Position numbers and translations under genes: made by a program. Of a DNA stretch of 64,000 nt, positions 61,024 to 64,000 are shown in pieces. Location of the stretch: the NCBI GenBank assembly GCA_030704615.1, contig CM060731.1:81964001-82028000 (forward strand), written 5' to 3'. The number at the start of each line of letters is the position of its first letter. The first letter of the stretch is position 1. The stretch comes from Takakia lepidozioides (Eukaryota; Plantae; Bryophyta). Under the pieces are notes generated by a model. It made no database searches, was not told the origin of the DNA, and saw only the letters and a list, made by a program, of their open reading frames with translations.

Positions 61024-63993
61024 ATGACAGGACTATTCCAGATATTTGACCGCTACAAGAAAGGTTCCAAAAATGGCCAAAAGAATGGCTCCAAGAAAGG
61101 TAGCAGCAGTGGCTGGGGACTCTATCTTTGCCTACAATTTCCTTCTGTGTTTCATCCTTGGGCGTGGTTTGATGCGTTTTAACTTGTTTCTTGTTGTTGT
61201 ACTGTCCCATCGGCCGTGAGGGCCCCATGTGGTCTCAGTAAAGTTTTTCTTTCTTTATGGGAGATTCAACTATCCGGATACCCAATCTCTCATGGAGATC
61301 TTCCATTGCAAGGATCAGAAATGCTTTGCAGCTTACCTGCATCAGTCGTCGAGTCTTAGGCGATTTGGACAATAGCTGCTTTTGGGCTGCTTGTGGCCCC
61401 TCTCTCTTTCTTGTTTCTTGCTTCCTCCAGTCCCATAAGCACTTTAAGCTTTCCCTGGACGTTATAATTACCATTTCATTTCATTTCAGCAGACTTCCTC
61501 ACAGCTGTCCTTGTCTGCTGTGCATTCCTGGAGAAAACAATTGCCAGTGGAGAGGATGAAAACTCACTGTATGATGTGCTTGTCTGTGTGGATGAGCAGG
61601 GCAAGCAAATCGGCACCCCAGCTGCATTCCTGCCTACTACATGGTACTCTTTCTTCTCAGTCCTTGTGCCCATGATTTTGTTACCAAATTACTCACTGGG
61701 AGAGTCTTAATATTATGCCTTGTTTATAATCTGTCAAATGCTGAGGAGTTTGAAGTCTGTGAATTTGATTTGTGTTCTGGTAATTGGCTGTGCAGTTTCA
61801 GGATGAGGGGGCAAACAGGAGGGCTACTTTGGACAATTGTGGACAATCCAGGGAACAAAAGGTCTCTACGGAACCCCGCAGGGCATCTATTGACAACAGT
61901 GAAGTGGTTTTGGCCAAGGCGACCAAAGGATCTCAACTTTTGGTAGACCCAAAGCCACAGCCAGCTCATATAGCACTCAACTCTAGACCAAAGCCTCGCT
62001 TGTCTTTCTATTTTAAAGAAGAGACGCAGGCAGTGTCTGACAGCCCAAAAGAACCCCCTCGAAACTCATTCAGTGGACTCCTTCAGAGAAAAAACCAAGA
62101 GACTCCCCTAGTCCCAGCCAGAGCCTCTGTTGATGGAAGCATAGTTTACAACGATCCACCAAGGACACCATCCCGGGACTTCAAGGGTATCTTGAAAGCC
62201 TCTTTCCTGAGGGAAAAGCCGAGGGTGTCAGCAGACAACTGTAAGGAGGCTGGAGGAGTTTTAGTTTGTCAGGAGGAGGTTACTGGGGGTGAAACTTGGC
62301 AGCCAAAAGATGTGTCACAGATGCTTGCCATTGGAAAAGAACAGATGCAATCATCTGTTGAGTTACCCAGTTCAGCTCTTAGGGAGAAGGACTGGTCATC
62401 AGGAGATAGCAGAGAGAAGCTGTCAGTTATGAGAACTGTCGCCAGCCCAAGGCAGTTGATTGGGGGCAAGGATATACCCAGTTTGCCAGTGTCAGTGGAG
62501 TGTGTCAGTGACCAGCTAGATGCGTCCACGGATGCTGTTGTGACTAGTGATGCAACCAGGTTATCCAGCCATAAGGATTCTGGTCGATATGCTATTGAGA
62601 CCAGCGTCACACCCACACCAGTCCTGGACTTCAGGGAGTCACTCCGTGCTATTGATTCCAAGGACTGGCCCAGAGCTTCTGAGAAAGGGCGAGATACGTC
62701 TGGAGGTTCTGATGGCAGAGACCCACCCCGTGCTTCTTCTGTATCCAGGCATTCTGTTGATGGAAGGACTGGGGTCCGTCAAATCAGTCTGCCTCGGCTG
62801 TCCCTTGATGGCAGAGACCAATTGCGGCCCAGTAGTCTTCATATGGAATCCAAGTATGCTTTGAAACTCTTTCTGGAGAACTTAACCAATGTTTCTCCTT
62901 ACTTAAGCAAGGAGAACTCCATGGATACTGATGGAGAAGAGAAAACCAGGTGGCGGGCACCAAGTGTAGTAGCTCGGTTAATGGGTCTGGAAGCTCTGCC
63001 AAAGTCTACAGTGGTTCCGTCCCCGCCATCAGGAAGGTCTCCTGCAAGGGCATGCAGATCCCCGCAGAAGTTGGTCCACTCTAACAGGCCAGAAGGATTC
63101 TCCCTGGCAGCTTCAAATGACTTCAACTTGAACCAACGACCCTGTGAGGGACCACAGCATCGAAATCAAGTTTCTGTGTGTATGCCAGAAGAATCACAGT
63201 CAAAGTTTAGGGCTTCTTCGCCCTCTCCTGGGCAGGAAGAAAGCCTTCCGAACAATATGCCACCGCAGTTTCAACCGGACCATGCGCCCTGGCAACATCA
63301 AGTGGAGAACATGGGCCATCATTCTCCAAAGGTGTCTCCCAAGCACCACCGAATGGAAGGAATGCCCCATGTGCTCAAACATCCAGGCGAACAGTATTCC
63401 CCAAAGGAGGGACTGCTATACGGTGACATGGAGCAATGGCTACAGCAGCTGCGTCTCAGGAACACCATCCAGGAACGGAAAACACTCAAGCAAATCCTAG
63501 AGGCCATGCACCTTAAAGGCCTGCTACACCCTCCCCAGCACATGCATTCCAATGACTTCAAATTAACTCTTGCTAGACTAGAACCAACAATGGAGGAGGC
63601 ACAACCAGTCGTGCAACAGTCAAAGCAGCTGCCCTCTTCCCATGTTGTCACCTCTTCCAAGCTGGAGCAACCTTATCTGGGTTATTCGGATGCAAAGGAG
63701 GCAAAAGTGCACCAAGAGCCAGGCCTGGAAGTTGACACTAATAAGCTGAATCTTTCTAACAGCGGGATGCAGATGCCTAGTTACAATGGAGAGGCGTCAA
63801 TTGTGGTGATGAAGCCTCTCAACCTGAAACTGTCTCCTAAGTCATCAGCTTCTAGGCCTTTATCACCCTCTCTCCGATCCAAAGAAATGGAGAGTATGAG
63901 CAGCCACAGAACTAGCAGTTCAGGGAAGTTGGCAGCAGCTGGTGCACCTCTTGCCAGTAATGGTCGAAAGACTTCAATTGGCAGCAGCAAAAG
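61024..63993 (+). CDS. TRM: TON1-recruiting-motif / LONGIFOLIA-like protein, 5' part (first coding exon about 61024-61099, large exon about 61802-63993; the link between them is unresolved; the gene continues beyond the window)
   Basis: MTGLFQIFDR N-terminal motif, PSVVARLMGLEALP, LYGDMEQWLQQL...TLKQILEAMHLKGLL, SIVVMKP. Donor AAG|GTAT at 63994. Confidence 0.85.
61430..61487 (+). mobile_element. (CATTT)n-tailed retroposon 3' end in a TRM intron
   Basis: Its reverse complement, GAAATGAAATGAAATGGTAATTATAACGTCCAGGGAAAGCTTAAAGTGCTTATGGGAC, matches the ABCC-intron copies. Confidence 0.7.
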
Positions 63994-64000
63994 GTATTTT

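Overview
Eukaryotic nuclear DNA, most likely from a non-seed land plant such as a bryophyte (inferred from GT-AG introns, gene families and TE types). There are three host genes: a 4-exon GT92/GALS-like galactosyltransferase (827-2956, -), a 14-coding-exon ABCC/MRP transporter (7387-18301, -) and the 5' part of a TRM/LONGIFOLIA-like gene (61024 to the window end, +). A nested transposon island lies between them. Its centrepiece is a very young 12.8-kb Ty3/Gypsy-type retroelement (25001-37760, -). It encodes Gag, protease, a complete DNMT3-like C5 cytosine methyltransferase, RT, RNase H, a DDE integrase and a PHD finger. It lacks normal LTRs: its ends are split direct repeats (A-internal-B-A-B) with a palindromic CA-gc-TG internal junction and a 4-bp TSD. 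I find no tRNA primer-binding site; the sequence at that position is complementary to the loop of a hairpin in repeat A. The window also holds an older chromovirus whose gag-pol core has moved, inverted, into its own 3' LTR, plus hAT/MULE MITEs, tRNA-derived SINEs, a LINE 3' fragment, ultra-short TSD-flanked retro-insertions in introns, and a 50-bp-period palindrome array. All alignments were made by eye; no database searches were run.
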